DNA of 63,419 nucleotides, counting the filler, from Octopus bimaculoides (taxonomy: Eukaryota): NCBI RefSeq assembly GCF_001194135.2. It is 7 parts of 6 records of this genome, joined end to end, with 100 filler letters (N's around TTAATTAATTAA, not from the genome) between each part and the next. Parts side by side here need not be neighbours in the genome. Positions count along the whole stretch, not along the records: positions 27,487 to 41,243 come from NC_069008.1; 6 more parts are not named here. The stretch is one strand, 5' to 3'. Under the pieces are notes generated by a model that did no database searches, was not told the origin of the DNA, and was given only the letters and a program-made list of their open reading frames with translations. Positions 28,569 to 40,348 of this stretch are shown here, in pieces. Every line of letters starts with the position of its first letter. The stretch's first letter is position 1. A program made the translations under genes and the position numbers.

Positions 28569-28800
28569 GTTAGGGTTAGGTTTAACGGTTAGGGAATTCC
28601 GTCCCTAACCATAACCCTAACCTTAACCCTAAACACTAACCCTAACCCTAAAACCCTAACCCTAACACCGTAGGGAAGATCGTGCAGGTGTTACGGAAAG
28701 GGCCGATCTTTGGTAAAGATCGCTGAAGACACTTTTTACGGAAAAGGCCGATAATTAGGAACTCGTACCGAAAGATCGCCAGAGGATATGTTAACCTTGT
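28569..28800. repeat. Dispersed element with telomere-like TTAGGG/CCCTAA repeats and a GATCTTT-ggt-AAAGATC hairpin
   Basis: Second copy in opposite orientation at 40920-41190 shares gggccgatctttggtaaagatc..ggaaaaggccgata..cgaaagatcgcca. Confidence 0.6.
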
Positions 28801-29244
28801 GAAGGGATGGTTGCATCCAAGGAAATACTTGTTCAATACCTAGTATTTTGGGGGAACAAAATTCCCTTAAACCAATTAAGTATACATAAAGCATATAGAT
28901 TATATCCATTTAAAAGAAGAAAAGAAAATAGAGATGACGAAGTTAATGATTGTTTATTATTAACGAACTGGTAATCTTTGCTTCTTGCAGCTGTTACAAT
29001 CAATACATAATAATCTAATTAGAAATTTGTACATTAAATTTACATTTAATTTACAGACTGCTGAAATGAGTTGATAAGCCCACAAATAACATCTAAAAGT
29101 ACATCTTTTTTCCACTGATGAAATTATGCTCATGTCACATAAATGTAAATTTAAAGTACAAATTTGTAATTGAATTGAGTATTAATTAAAACAGATATAT
29201 TTACCAAAATTACATAAAAATATTAGTCGAGCAACTCGACCCCG

Positions 29245-29560
29245 GCACTTATTCTTTGCAAGCCTAGTACTTATTCTATCAGTCTCTTTTGCCAACCGCT
29301 AAGTGATGGGGACATAAACACACCAGCATCGGTTGTGAAGCAGTGCTAGGGGGACAAACACAGACACACAAACACACATATATATATATACATATATACG
29401 ACGGGCTTCTTTCAGTTTCCGTCTACCAAATCCACTCACAAGGCTTTGGTCAGCCCGAGGCTATAGTAGAAGACACTTGCCCAAGATGCCACGCAGTTGG
29501 ACTGAACCCGGAGCCATGTGGTTGGTAAGCAAGCTACTTACCACACAGCCACTCCTATGC
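29245..29560 (-). mobile_element. SINE-A copy
   Basis: Reverse-complement match to SINE-A. Confidence 0.8.
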
Positions 29561-29716
29561 CTATAGTTTTTTTTTCCTTTAGAGTTAAAAAAATGCTGAT
29601 TTTATAGTTTTAACTTTTTAAAGATCTAAAAAAAAGGGCTGATTTCATAGTGTTGGCCCTTTATTAGGTTTTTATAAGGCTTTTAGAGCCAGGAAAATAG
29701 AGACTCCAGCTAAGAA

Positions 29717-29752
29717 GATCTGAAGAAGGAATTGTAATTCCGAAATCTCATC
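29717..29752 (+). ncRNA. Minimal type-I hammerhead ribozyme motif (degenerate stem III)
   Basis: GAU-CUGAAGA-A-GGAAUU(GU)AAUUCC-GAAA-UC-UC-AUC: intact core, perfect 6-bp stem II, 3-bp stem I GAU/AUC; GAAAUCUC instead of canonical GAAACGUC. Confidence 0.5.
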
Positions 29753-29959
29753 AGACTATAGATAACCAAATTACAACAGATGTATAATCCATTTTTTGTT
29801 TTATAGTGCATTGTTGTACCATTCTTAAAAAAAAACAAACGTAAATGAAACACAATATTAATATTAAACTAAAAAAGTTTATTGATAAATTGACCATAAA
29901 AAAAATTAAAATTGAAAAATCAAAAACACGATATATACCTAATTTAATTTTTTTCTTTT

Positions 29960-30310
29960 TCTTGTTCTCCATTTTGTTTATGAGATGCATGTTGCCCTTC
30001 ATGAAACTTAGAATGTCAAAGTTTTTCATCAGAGAAGGACGATCTCTTGGTCCTCAAGATGTCCTTGCCCATAGAGAACAAGCTCTCCAATACAGCACTG
30101 GAGGGGGGATGGCTGTGTTGAACTTGAATATGTCCACCAACTCTTACTCACCCAAGAAGGCGGCATCTGCCAGCAAGTCCTTGGAGTCGGTCTCCAACCA
30201 GGTCTTGACCAAATTCTGGGTCTTGCCCTTGAGTGACCTGCTGTTCGCTTTTGGTCGGGTGACACCACTGAAGAAGCCATCCTCCTTTTCACTGTTGCTG
30301 CGTAGTTCTC
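29960..30310 (-). mobile_element. hAT transposase C-terminal (dimerisation domain) remnant
   Basis: After correcting +2 C (30103-30108) and +1 A (about 30022): LVDIFKFNTAIPSSAVLESLFSMGKDILRTKRSSFSDENFDILSFMKGN, matching the hATC motif NT-P-SSA-vER-FS..R..LSD..F..L.F.K.N. In-frame TAA at 30144-30146. Confidence 0.8.
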
Positions 30311-30377
30311 GAGTTTTAGGGATTCACACACACACACACAGACAGACACACACTCTCATTTATATATATATATAGAT

Positions 30378-30511
30378 AAAGGGCATTTACTACAGAAAAA
30401 TAGTAACGCCACACAGTGGACTTCTCAAAATAACCACATTTAGGTACTAAATGTGGTTATTTTGAGAAGTCTACTGTGTGGCGTTACTATTTTTCTGTAG
30501 TAATGCCCTTT
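30378..30511. repeat. Long near-perfect inverted repeat (66/65-bp arms, 3-nt loop)
   Basis: Arms differ by one indel and one substitution; loop GTA; right arm ends at an N gap. Confidence 0.95.
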
Positions 30512-30820
30512 NNNNNNNNNNNNNNNNNNNNNNNNNNNNNNNNNNNNNNNNNNNNNNNNNNNNNNNNNNNNNNNNNNNNNNNNNNNNNNNNNNNNNNNNN
30601 NNNNNNNNNNNNNNNNNNNNNNNNNNNNNNNNNNNNNNNNNNNNNNNNNNNNNNNNNNNNNNNNNNNNNNNNNNNNNNNNNNNNNNNNNNNNNNNNNNNN
30701 NNNNNNNNNNNNNNNNNNNNNNNNNNNNNNNNNNNNNNNNNNNNNNNNNNNNNNNNNNNNNNNNNNNNNNNNNNNNNNNNNNNNNNNNNNNNNNNNNNNN
30801 NNNNNNNNNNNNNNNNNNNN

Positions 30821-30926
30821 GGGTTCAGTCCCACTGCGTGGCACCTTGGGCAACTGTCTTTTACTATAGCCTCGGGCCGACCAAATCCTTGCGAGTGGAT
30901 TTGGTAGACGGAAAGAAGCCCGCCGC

Positions 30927-30966
<40 letters not shown>

Positions 30967-31170
30967 ATGTGTGTCTGTCTGTATGTCTGTGTTTGTCCCT
31001 CCACCGTCGCTTGACAACCGATGTTGGTGTGTTTACGTCCCCGTAACTTAGCGGTTTGGCAAAAAAGATTCTGATAGAATAAGTACTAGGCTTACAAAGA
31101 ATAAATGCTGGGATCGATTTGTTCGACTAAAGGCGATGCTCCAACATGGCCGCAGTCAAATAACTGAAAC
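30821..31170 (+). mobile_element. SINE-A copy
   Basis: Begins at gap edge with gggttcagtcccactgcgtggcaccttgggc; complete tail. Confidence 0.8.
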
Positions 31171-31907
31171 GAATGAAAGAACAAAAAAATGTGTATGTGT
31201 TTATTAATATTTAGCAGAAGCAACAGAGTGACTCAAGCTCTTGGAGTTTCGTGCAATTGCGCTTATAGAATACACACACACACACACACACACGTATTTA
31301 TGCATGCTGTTGAATTTTTGTGCGTCAAAGATCACATCATAAGTGTTGTGCAAATATCGGACACAAATATTTAGATGGGTCAGGTCACGATTTCTCCCCT
31401 CCACCACCTCACTACCACCACCACCACCAACAACTTTTACAATGATGAACAAATGAGATAGAGCGAGCGAGAGAGAGAGAGAGAGTGTGTGTGCGTGTGT
31501 AGGTATGTTGGAATGGTGGACAAGAAACTAATTTAGTTTAAGTACTGTATAGTGGTTGTTAGTTTAATTTTTGATTTCTTTGTTTAATATGGGTCAAGTT
31601 AAAAATCTCACACATATATGTAAGATACAAACACACACACACAGTCTGCATGTAAGTCAACACGTTCTGACTACTGTTTGATTCTAAATGTCTGCTGTTT
31701 TCTGTCACTTCATCTCTTTTTTTTTTCTTTGTACCACCTCTGTGCACACACGCACTAACTTTATATATGTATGTGTATATATATTATACGTAAACGTATG
31801 TATACACACACACCCACACACCCACATACAAATATACTCCATCTCTCCCTCTCTTTCTCTCTCCCACGTCTCCTGTATCCTCTCTTTCCCTATCTGTCTC
31901 TCTAGAA

Positions 31908-32443
31908 CTGGTGGTTCTCAATCAGGGTCCATACGGCCCTGAAGATTCATATGCAATTTTTTGGGGGGTCCACGCTATAAAATAGTAAATTGGGGATCCA
32001 CAATCGTATTTTCAGGGCCTCTGAATAAACTTTGCTTTAGATGAATGTATTCCAAGAAACTGGTTTCTTTCTCTCAACATTTTACAAAGATCGACTTACA
32101 CAAGTTAATGTGTGAAAAACAAAATAGGAATTTTGAAAGAAGTTTCTATAAAACTAAGTTTTAAACATCAAATGGCTATTAGGGTCCACCAGAATAAAAT
32201 AGTAATCAAAGGGGTCCATGGATTATAAATGGTTGAGAACCCCCTGCTTTAGATGTATGTATTGGTATTTATGGCAAGAAACAGCTAGGTTTCTTTCTCT
32301 AACATTTTATATTGTTCAACCTGTAGAAGTTAACGTGTGAAAAACAAGACTGGAATTTTGAAAGAAGTTTCTATTGGGGTCAACCAGAATAATACAGTAA
32401 TGAGAGGGGTCCATAGATAATAATAAATGGTTGAGAACCTCTG
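31908..32443. mobile_element. hAT (Charlie-like) MITE 31908-32246 followed by a diverged second copy of its 3' half
   Basis: Left end c(t)ggtggttctcaa, right ends ttgagaaccccctg (32246) and ttgagaacctctg (32443). Flanking 8-mers ctctagaa and ctttagat resemble the NTCTAGAN hAT target. Confidence 0.7.
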
Positions 32444-33139
32444 CTAGAGACGAATGTCCTGTTATATTTCTCTCTCTCTCTCTCCTTTGTCTTTAGACTA
32501 ACGTTGGCTGTTACATTCACCTTCCTCTCTCCCTCCATCATCTCTTTCATCCAATCGTTTTCTCTCTCTCTCTCTCAGTCCTTTCTATCTAATCCCTTCT
32601 CTCTGTATTGTCTCTTATCCGCCCTCACTCTCTCTATTCTCTTTTGTCCTCCCCCTCTCAAGTCTCTCTTTGATCTTCCCCCCTCTCTCTATTGACTTTT
32701 TATCTTCCCTCTCCCTCTATTGTCTCTTTTATACCCTCTCCCCTCCGTCTCTCTCTTAATTTGTATCTCCACCCCTTTCTCTGACATGTCTCCTCTTACC
32801 TCTCTTATCACAACCCCCTCTCTCTTCCTCTTTCTCTCTATCATCCCTTCTCTCCCTATCACTCTTTCTCAATGTCCTACTATCCTCTTTTACTTCCCTC
32901 TAACTCCTCCCCCCTCTCTTTCCTGCATTGTTCAACAGTAGTGGCGGTGATGACCGAAGCTGTTTAACCCCAAGTCTGTTCTCACCTGATGGAGGTCACT
33001 TATGGCAGTAGACATTCTATTTATGACCATCACTTCCTTTACCTATTTATACGTTGCATAATGTGGTCCTTAGATGTGAGGAAAATTGGGATGCTATTTC
33101 TATAAGATCTAGCTACCATTTAGAGGTCCTTCTCGTTGG

Positions 33140-33174
<35 letters not shown>

Positions 33175-33426
33175 NNNNNNNNNNNNNNNNNNNNNNNNNN
33201 NNNNNNNNNNNNNNNNNNNNNNNNNNNNNNNNNNNNNNNNNNNNNNNNNNNNNNNNNNNNNNNNNNNNNNNNNNNNNNNNNNNNNNNNNNNNNNNNNNNN
33301 NNNNNNNNNNNNNNNNNNNNNNNNNNNNNNNNNNNNNNNNNNNNNNNNNNNNNNNNNNNNNNNNNNNNNNNNNNNNNNNNNNNNNNNNNNNNNNNNNNNN
33401 NNNNNNNNNNNNNNNNNNNNNNNNNN

Positions 33427-33468
<42 letters not shown>

Positions 33469-33589
33469 TACATATACGACAGGCTTCTTTCAGTTTCCGT
33501 CTACCAAATCCACTCACAAGGCTTTGGTCGGCCCGAGGTTATAGTAGAAGACACTTGCCCAAGGTGCCACGCAGTGTGACATACATATA

Positions 33590-33840
33590 CAATATAACAA
33601 GGTGTGATCTGAGGGAGACTTCGCTGCCACTTCTAGCTACCACGTACGGGTTTCCCTCATTGGCTCATGTATATATGCACACAAGACTTGAATGTGATTT
33701 GGGTGAGATTTTACTGCTATTTCTGACAGGTCTAGCTACCATGTAGTGGTGTCTGTCATTGGCTCATACATACATATATATATATATATATACAATATAA
33801 TAGGGTGTGATTTGAGGGAGATTTGACTGCTATTTCTACC
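33590..33840 (+). repeat. Degenerate tandem of an approximately 100-bp unit (gtgtgatttgagggagatttgactgctatttct..agctacca..cattggctcata)
   Basis: Units start near 33595, 33685 and 33795; related copies at 33060-33145 and, reversed, 40830-40890. Confidence 0.6.
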
Positions 33841-34379
33841 TGCTCAACTCTTGAATCATGTTGATACTAGGTCATCCAAATGAAACCTGCTAGACTCTCA
33901 CCTGTATCAGGTAACTGTAATAAACTAATTTGGACCAACTAACTTAACTAACGGAACTTAGCTAGGCTTACCTTTCAGGTGGATAAATAATAACAAGCAT
34001 TAATTAGCCCTGGGTTGTGCTGGTGAGATGTTTTATTTGTGGGTCCTGTGGTCTGATATTACGGTGTGTTAGCGAAAAACCTACCACTTTTTACCTGCCC
34101 TACCTCTTTTTTTTTTTACCTTATTAACTACCTATCTGTCATCTACCTGTCAACAGTTTTATACATCTAGCCTTGTCTACTTGTCTTGTTATGTCTTATG
34201 TTTGTATCTTTTTAGCTTTTTTTGTGTTTACCTGTGTTGTGTGCGTGTGTTATGACTATATTTTAGCCATAACGTAACTGTTTGTGTGTTGTCTCAAGAA
34301 AGACGGAGATGAAGTGCTGAAAACTGGAATTTTTTATAGACACACACACACATTACATACATACATTAACACACATTAC

Positions 34380-34424
34380 ATACACACACACAGTCTCTCT
34401 CTCTCTCTCACTATCTCACACAGT

Positions 34425-34457
<33 letters not shown>

Positions 34458-34530
34458 ACACAGTCTCTCTCTCACTATCTCACACAGTCTCTCTCTCTCT
34501 CTCACTATCTCCCTCACATACAGTCTCTCT
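34380..34530. repeat. Compound repeat unit cacacag(TC)n-actatct x4-5
   Basis: Direct reading. Confidence 0.85.
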
Positions 34531-34711
34531 CTTACTGTATCTCTCTCTCTCTCTTACTGTATCCCCCTCTCTCACAGTATCTATCTCTTTTTGTCTTGTT
34601 TGTGTAGACACACGCGCGCGCGCTTATTCACACACATGCGTTCTCTTTCTTTCCCTCCACCTCACACCCTATCTATCTATCTATCTATCTATCTCTCTAT
34701 TCATCCGGCAG

Positions 34712-34747
<36 letters not shown>

Positions 34748-35944
34748 TACAAACATATATATAACATACTTTACGTTCTTTCACACAATACACCTTTTAA
34801 CACACACACACACACACATACATTTACACATTCGTTCGTATATGCGCACATACATATTCATTCATGTATATTTTACTGTATTAAATTCACATTAGGCAAG
34901 TTATTGCCCTCAAGTAGCGGAAAGGTACACACACACACACACATATACGTTGTCAAATTCACACACACACACACACACAAATATACTCATACGCACGCGC
35001 GTACACACTAGCGCACGAGCTCATACATACGCACACACACGCACACTCATACAAACGTACACTATCTCGTAATCAAAAATACACGAGTACATACATACGC
35101 ATACATACACACACATACACTCTCTTTCGCATACATACTCTCTCAGATCGACACACAAACACACACATATATACATACACGCGCATTGTCTTTCTCTGAA
35201 ATATTAATATACATACATACGCAGTCAAATTCTCACACACACACATACATACATACATACACACAGTCTCTTCCTCTCTTTCTATTTCACATATGTATTC
35301 ACCATCTCGTAATTAAAATACACATACACACACTATCTCTTTCACGTATATACACACACACATTCTCTCTTTTGTACATATATATATATACACACATGCT
35401 TTGTTTTTCTCTGGAATATTGAAACACACACACACACACATTTCCACTACAGACATGCGCGCACATAGCGACTCGGTTTGTCCGTCCGACCATGTGTTCA
35501 TTGTCAATACATTTAAATATATTTATATACGTACACATACATATATGTCCGTGTACATATAAGCGCCATATGACTGTATAATGTCACACTGCTCGCCGGA
35601 CTATGGAATTGAACCTGCGTAGAAAATCTCACCCGATGTCGGCGCTGGAGAGCACGCCTGGTTGTGCAGCAAGTTCCAAGCAGTACTTCAAGCACCGTGT
35701 GAGGCCCCATGACAGTATCATAGCGATATCTCTCAAATACGATGTCTCAGTAAGTTGAAGTTAGGGTTTTTTCATTGCTCCCCCCCACCATTCTATTCTA
35801 TTCTATACATTATTCGTCTCTCTGTTCCTTATCCTCTGTCAGCTCTCTCTCTCTTTTATTTTCATCTTCTTTCTCTTCTTCTACATTTGTCATCTGTCTC
35901 TCTTTCTATCTCTCTGCTTTATGGTTTACAAATTTTTTTACAGT

Positions 35945-36061
35945 GCAAGTGTGGCGATGTGGTTAAGAAGCTTGCTTCCAAACTATGCAGCCAGAGTTCA
36001 GTCCCATTCCGCGGCACCTTTCTCTTCTTTCTTTTATTTTCTTCTTCCTTTTTCACCGCTT

Positions 36062-36099
<38 letters not shown>

Positions 36100-36620
36100 G
36101 TTACCTGTCTCTGTTAACCTGTCTGTCATAATCTTCTGCTATCTGGCTATTAACTTTGTTGCGGCGCAGACATGGCTGTGTGGTTAAGAAACTTGCTTCC
36201 GAACCATGGGGATTTTGGGTTCAGTCCCACTGCGCTGCACTTAGAGCAAGCGACTACTAAATCCCCGGGCCGACCAGAACCTTATGACTGGCTTTGGTAC
36301 ATGTACACTGAGCGAGTCTGTCGATTGATACAATAAATACCAGGCTTAAATAAATACAGTTGACGAGTTTAAGCTCTTCAAGGCAGTGGCCCCAGCATGG
36401 CCGTTGTTCAATATCTGTTTATGTGTTTGTCTCCCATCACCGTTTGACGACCGGTTTTTGATTTGTTTACGTTTCCGTCACATAGCGGTTCGGCAATGGA
36501 TTCCGATGGATCAAACACTAGACTTTTAAAAAATAAGTTATTGGAATTGATTTGTTCAATCAAATCGTTCAAGTTGATGCCCCAACATGGCCACATTCTA
36601 ACAGCCGAAACAAGTAAATT
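35945..36620 (+). mobile_element. SINE-A head fragment (35945-36025) and a diverged fuller copy (36170-36620)
   Basis: Two tggttaagaa..ttgcttcc heads; tail gcccccagcatggcc and gcccaacatggccac. Confidence 0.65.
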
Positions 36621-36929
36621 TGTTTTTATTTTCGGCATACCTACACAGGTACCTGACGTTGAAGAAAAGAAAAAAATGGATATTTTTCCAATGAGATTTT
36701 CGACAAATACCCTTCAGATGGTGTAGATTATCATCATATTGGAATTTAATGTGAAAATTTTATTGTCTTCTCTTTTGTATCTGCTGCTTTCTGGAGTTTT
36801 ATCTTTCTTTTTTTAGCTTTCTTCTTTTCTTATAACCACCTGTCTCATGGCTTTCATCTTAAGTCTTTTATCGTCTACTTTCTGTCTAGTGTTCAGTTTT
36901 ACGTTTTGTTTTCTTTTTTTTTTTCTATC

Positions 36930-37330
36930 AATAATCATCTGTCTTCTGTCGTCAGTCATCTATTTTCTATTGTCTACCATCTATCTTCGGTCATCTATAT
37001 TCTATCATCTGTCATACATCACCTGTCTTCTATTTTCTATTGTCTACCATCTATCTTCGGTCATCTATATTCTATCGTCTGTCATACATCACCTGTCTTC
37101 AATCTTCTATCGTCTGTCATACATCACCTGTCTTCAATCTTCTATCGTCTGCCATATGTACAGTCGTCTGCCATTTGTACAATCCTCTGTCGTCCATCTG
37201 TCATCTATCTCTCATCTATCTTCTGTCTTAAGTGTTTCGTCTTTTATCGCCTGTTGTTTACCATCTGTCACCTATCTGCTATCTTCTGCCTTCTATCATT
37301 TGTTTGTCTTTCATCTTCGTATCTTTTGTC
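36930..37330. repeat. Degenerate 7-bp satellite with 35- and 70-bp higher-order units
   Basis: CTRTCWT-like heptamers; 36961-37030 and 37031-37100 differ at one base. Confidence 0.9.
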
Positions 37331-38133
37331 TACCTTAATGTTATCCTTTCTATGTTCTTTCTGCTATCTTCCCAATCATATTCGACCATCTTATTATATA
37401 TACTGGTTCGCTACACTTATTCACTGCTGTTATACCAATTCTGCATTCCGATTTCAATTCATCGCTGTTTCTCCATCAAGAAAGTCATTAGTTGTGCAAT
37501 TATGTAGAGCGATTGGCCAAAAGTTAACGGCTTGTCTGAGTATGTGTACGTGTGTGCTTGTATGTATACATAAATATTTGAGAAGGCGAGTGGCTTAGTG
37601 GTTACCTCACGACCGTTAGGCCGTGCGTTCAATTCCCAGTGGAAATAAAATGAGATGAAATAAAAGATATACGATACATGTAGGTCAATTTGAGCGAATT
37701 CAGTCAATTCAAATACAAATTTTTGCTGTCCGTTTGGAATTTTGGGATTGCTTTCGTCTTATACTTGGAAATGTGTCTGCAGCGATTCAAGTATCTGATC
37801 TTTGGTTTAACTCATTGTCTGCCATGGACCCCTATTTGGGGATCTGCTAAAAAAAATCTCACTGCCTGTTGTTCGTTGTATTTAAAGTGAATTGCTTATG
37901 AGCATTGCATTTGCAGAGACGTGTTTAACAATATTTAGTAGTTAACGTTTGTCATTATTAATTGTAGCTAATTCTAGAGGACATTTTATGCCATAATTTG
38001 CAATTTTTGAACTACAAAAATATTGATTGTTTTGAAAACTTATTTATTATTTATTATTTTTTTTTTTTTGCATTTCCCATCTTTATCATTCATTGATATT
38101 TCATATACATTCGCATTTGATACTATAGCTTCG

Positions 38134-38314
38134 TGGAGGCGCAATGGCCCAGTGGATAGGGCAGCGGAGTCGCGGTAAATAGGATCGCGGTTTCGATTCC
38201 CAGACCCGGCGTTGTGAGTGTTTATTGAGCAAAAACACCTAAAAGTTCCACAAGGCTCCGGCAGGGGATGGTGGCGAACCCTGCTGTACTCTTTCACCAC
38301 AACTTTCTCTCACT
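38134..38314 (+). mobile_element. SINE-C, tRNA-derived, runs into gap
   Basis: A box tggcccagtgg and B box ggtttcgattccc followed by a non-tRNA body; no acceptor stem or CCA. Confidence 0.65.
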
Positions 38315-38764
38315 NNNNNNNNNNNNNNNNNNNNNNNNNNNNNNNNNNNNNNNNNNNNNNNNNNNNNNNNNNNNNNNNNNNNNNNNNNNNNNNNNNNNNN
38401 NNNNNNNNNNNNNNNNNNNNNNNNNNNNNNNNNNNNNNNNNNNNNNNNNNNNNNNNNNNNNNNNNNNNNNNNNNNNNNNNNNNNNNNNNNNNNNNNNNNN
38501 NNNNNNNNNNNNNNNNNNNNNNNNNNNNNNNNNNNNNNNNNNNNNNNNNNNNNNNNNNNNNNNNNNNNNNNNNNNNNNNNNNNNNNNNNNNNNNNNNNNN
38601 NNNNNNNNNNNNNNNNNNNNNNNNNNNNNNNNNNNNNNNNNNNNNNNNNNNNNNNNNNNNNNNNNNNNNNNNNNNNNNNNNNNNNNNNNNNNNNNNNNNN
38701 NNNNNNNNNNNNNNNNNNNNNNNNNNNNNNNNNNNNNNNNNNNNNNNNNNNNNNNNNNNNNNNN

Positions 38765-38854
<90 letters not shown>

Positions 38855-39349
38855 CCATGGATGGAATTTATATTTTATTGCATCTTAAGAAACATGTGAT
38901 TTGTGGAAACACATGTAGCGATGCATTAAAATAGTTATAAATTCCATCCAAGGATTATTGTTATTATTGCTATATTTATCTTACATTATATTGGCACAGC
39001 TCAGTTTGACCCCATAAAACTGCTATTGTCAGTTGGTAGCTGTAGCCGGCATAATGAAATTGGAGCTTTTTATATGCGTATTAAAAGAATCAGACAATCT
39101 GGAGCTGAAATAAACAAAACAAACAACAAAAAGAAAAAAAACCTTCAGGGGAAAAAGACATTAGGTAATGTAGTCCTAGATATACTATGTCTAAACAAAA
39201 GGCTGGATGGTCACAGTTGGAACGCCTTGAGTTATAGGTCTGTTAGATGAGGGTTGACCAAGGTCTAAAGAATACTTCAAATAGCACTTAAGGTCATGTA
39301 GTCCATGATAGACTATGTGCAAATTACAGATTTTTTGTGTCTTTTAAAT

Positions 39350-40065
39350 CTCTTATTTATTTTCAGTCATTAGACTGTGGTCATGCTGGAGCTCCACCTT
39401 GAAGAATTTTTAGTTGAAGGAATTGACCCCGGGACTTATTTTTATTTTAAGCCCACTGCTTATTCTGTCGGTGTCTTTTGCTAAGCCGCTAAGTTATGGG
39501 GTTGTAAACACACCAACACTGTTTGTCAAGCAGTGGTGGGAGACAAACAGACAGAAACATGCACACACACACACACAGAGTTTGCTCCCCAACCACATCA
39601 CATGGTTCTGGGTTTGGTCCCACTGCATGGCACCACGGGCAAGTGTCTTCTACTATAGCCTCGGGCCAACCAAAGCCTTGCGAGTGGATTTGGTAGACAG
39701 AAACTGAAAGAAGCCCATCATGTGTGTGTATNNNNNNNNNNTGGTAGACAGAAACTGAAAGAAGCCCATCATGTGTGTGTGTGTGTGTGTGTGTATGTGA
39801 GACCACTGTTCTACAACCGGTGTTGGTTCGGCACAAGACATCAATGGAATAAGTACCAGGCACTGAGGTTGATTCATTTGACTAATAATTCTACACTCAC
39901 ACACACACGACAGGCTTCTTTCAGTTTCCGTTTACCAAATCTACTCACGAGGCTTTTGTTGGCCCATGGTGTCACGTAGTACAACTGAAAGCGGAATAAC
40001 TTGGTTGGGAAGCAATCTTCTTATTACACACACACACACACACAGTCACCCCTGCGCCTAGGGAT
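39350..40065 (-). mobile_element. Cluster of minus-strand SINE-A fragments
   Basis: Tail at 39360, rearranged head/core at 39590-39790, further core+head at 39905-40045. Confidence 0.7.
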
Positions 40066-40145
40066 TGGCACATTCGGAACATCCTTGATCACATGTCTAC
40101 TGAACGAAGTCTGGCATGAGGCTAAATAACAAGTAGTCCTTTATA

Positions 40146-40316
40146 GGCACAGGAGTGGCTGTGTGGTAAGTCGCTTGCTTACCAACCGCATGGTTCTGGG
40201 TTCAGTCCGACTGCGCGGCACCTTGGGCAAGTGTCTTCTACTATTGCCTCGGGCCGACCAAAGCCTTGTGAGTGCATTTGGTAGACGGAAACTGAAAGAA
40301 GCCCGTCATGTGTGTG

Positions 40317-40348
<32 letters not shown>

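Noticed and set aside
29845-30375. 176-aa plus-strand ORF
   Set aside because: Antisense shadow of the hAT transposase remnant.
36847-37598. 163- and 230-aa Ser/Leu/Ile-rich ORFs
   Set aside because: Produced by the pyrimidine-rich heptamer satellite.
38134-38215. tRNA gene candidates here and at 63272-63345
   Set aside because: A and B boxes present but no convincing cloverleaf; 38134 continues into a SINE body and 63272 is too degenerate to call.
39732-39780. Duplicated SINE segment across a 10-N gap
   Set aside because: Identical sequence on both sides of a small gap suggests a contig overlap artefact.
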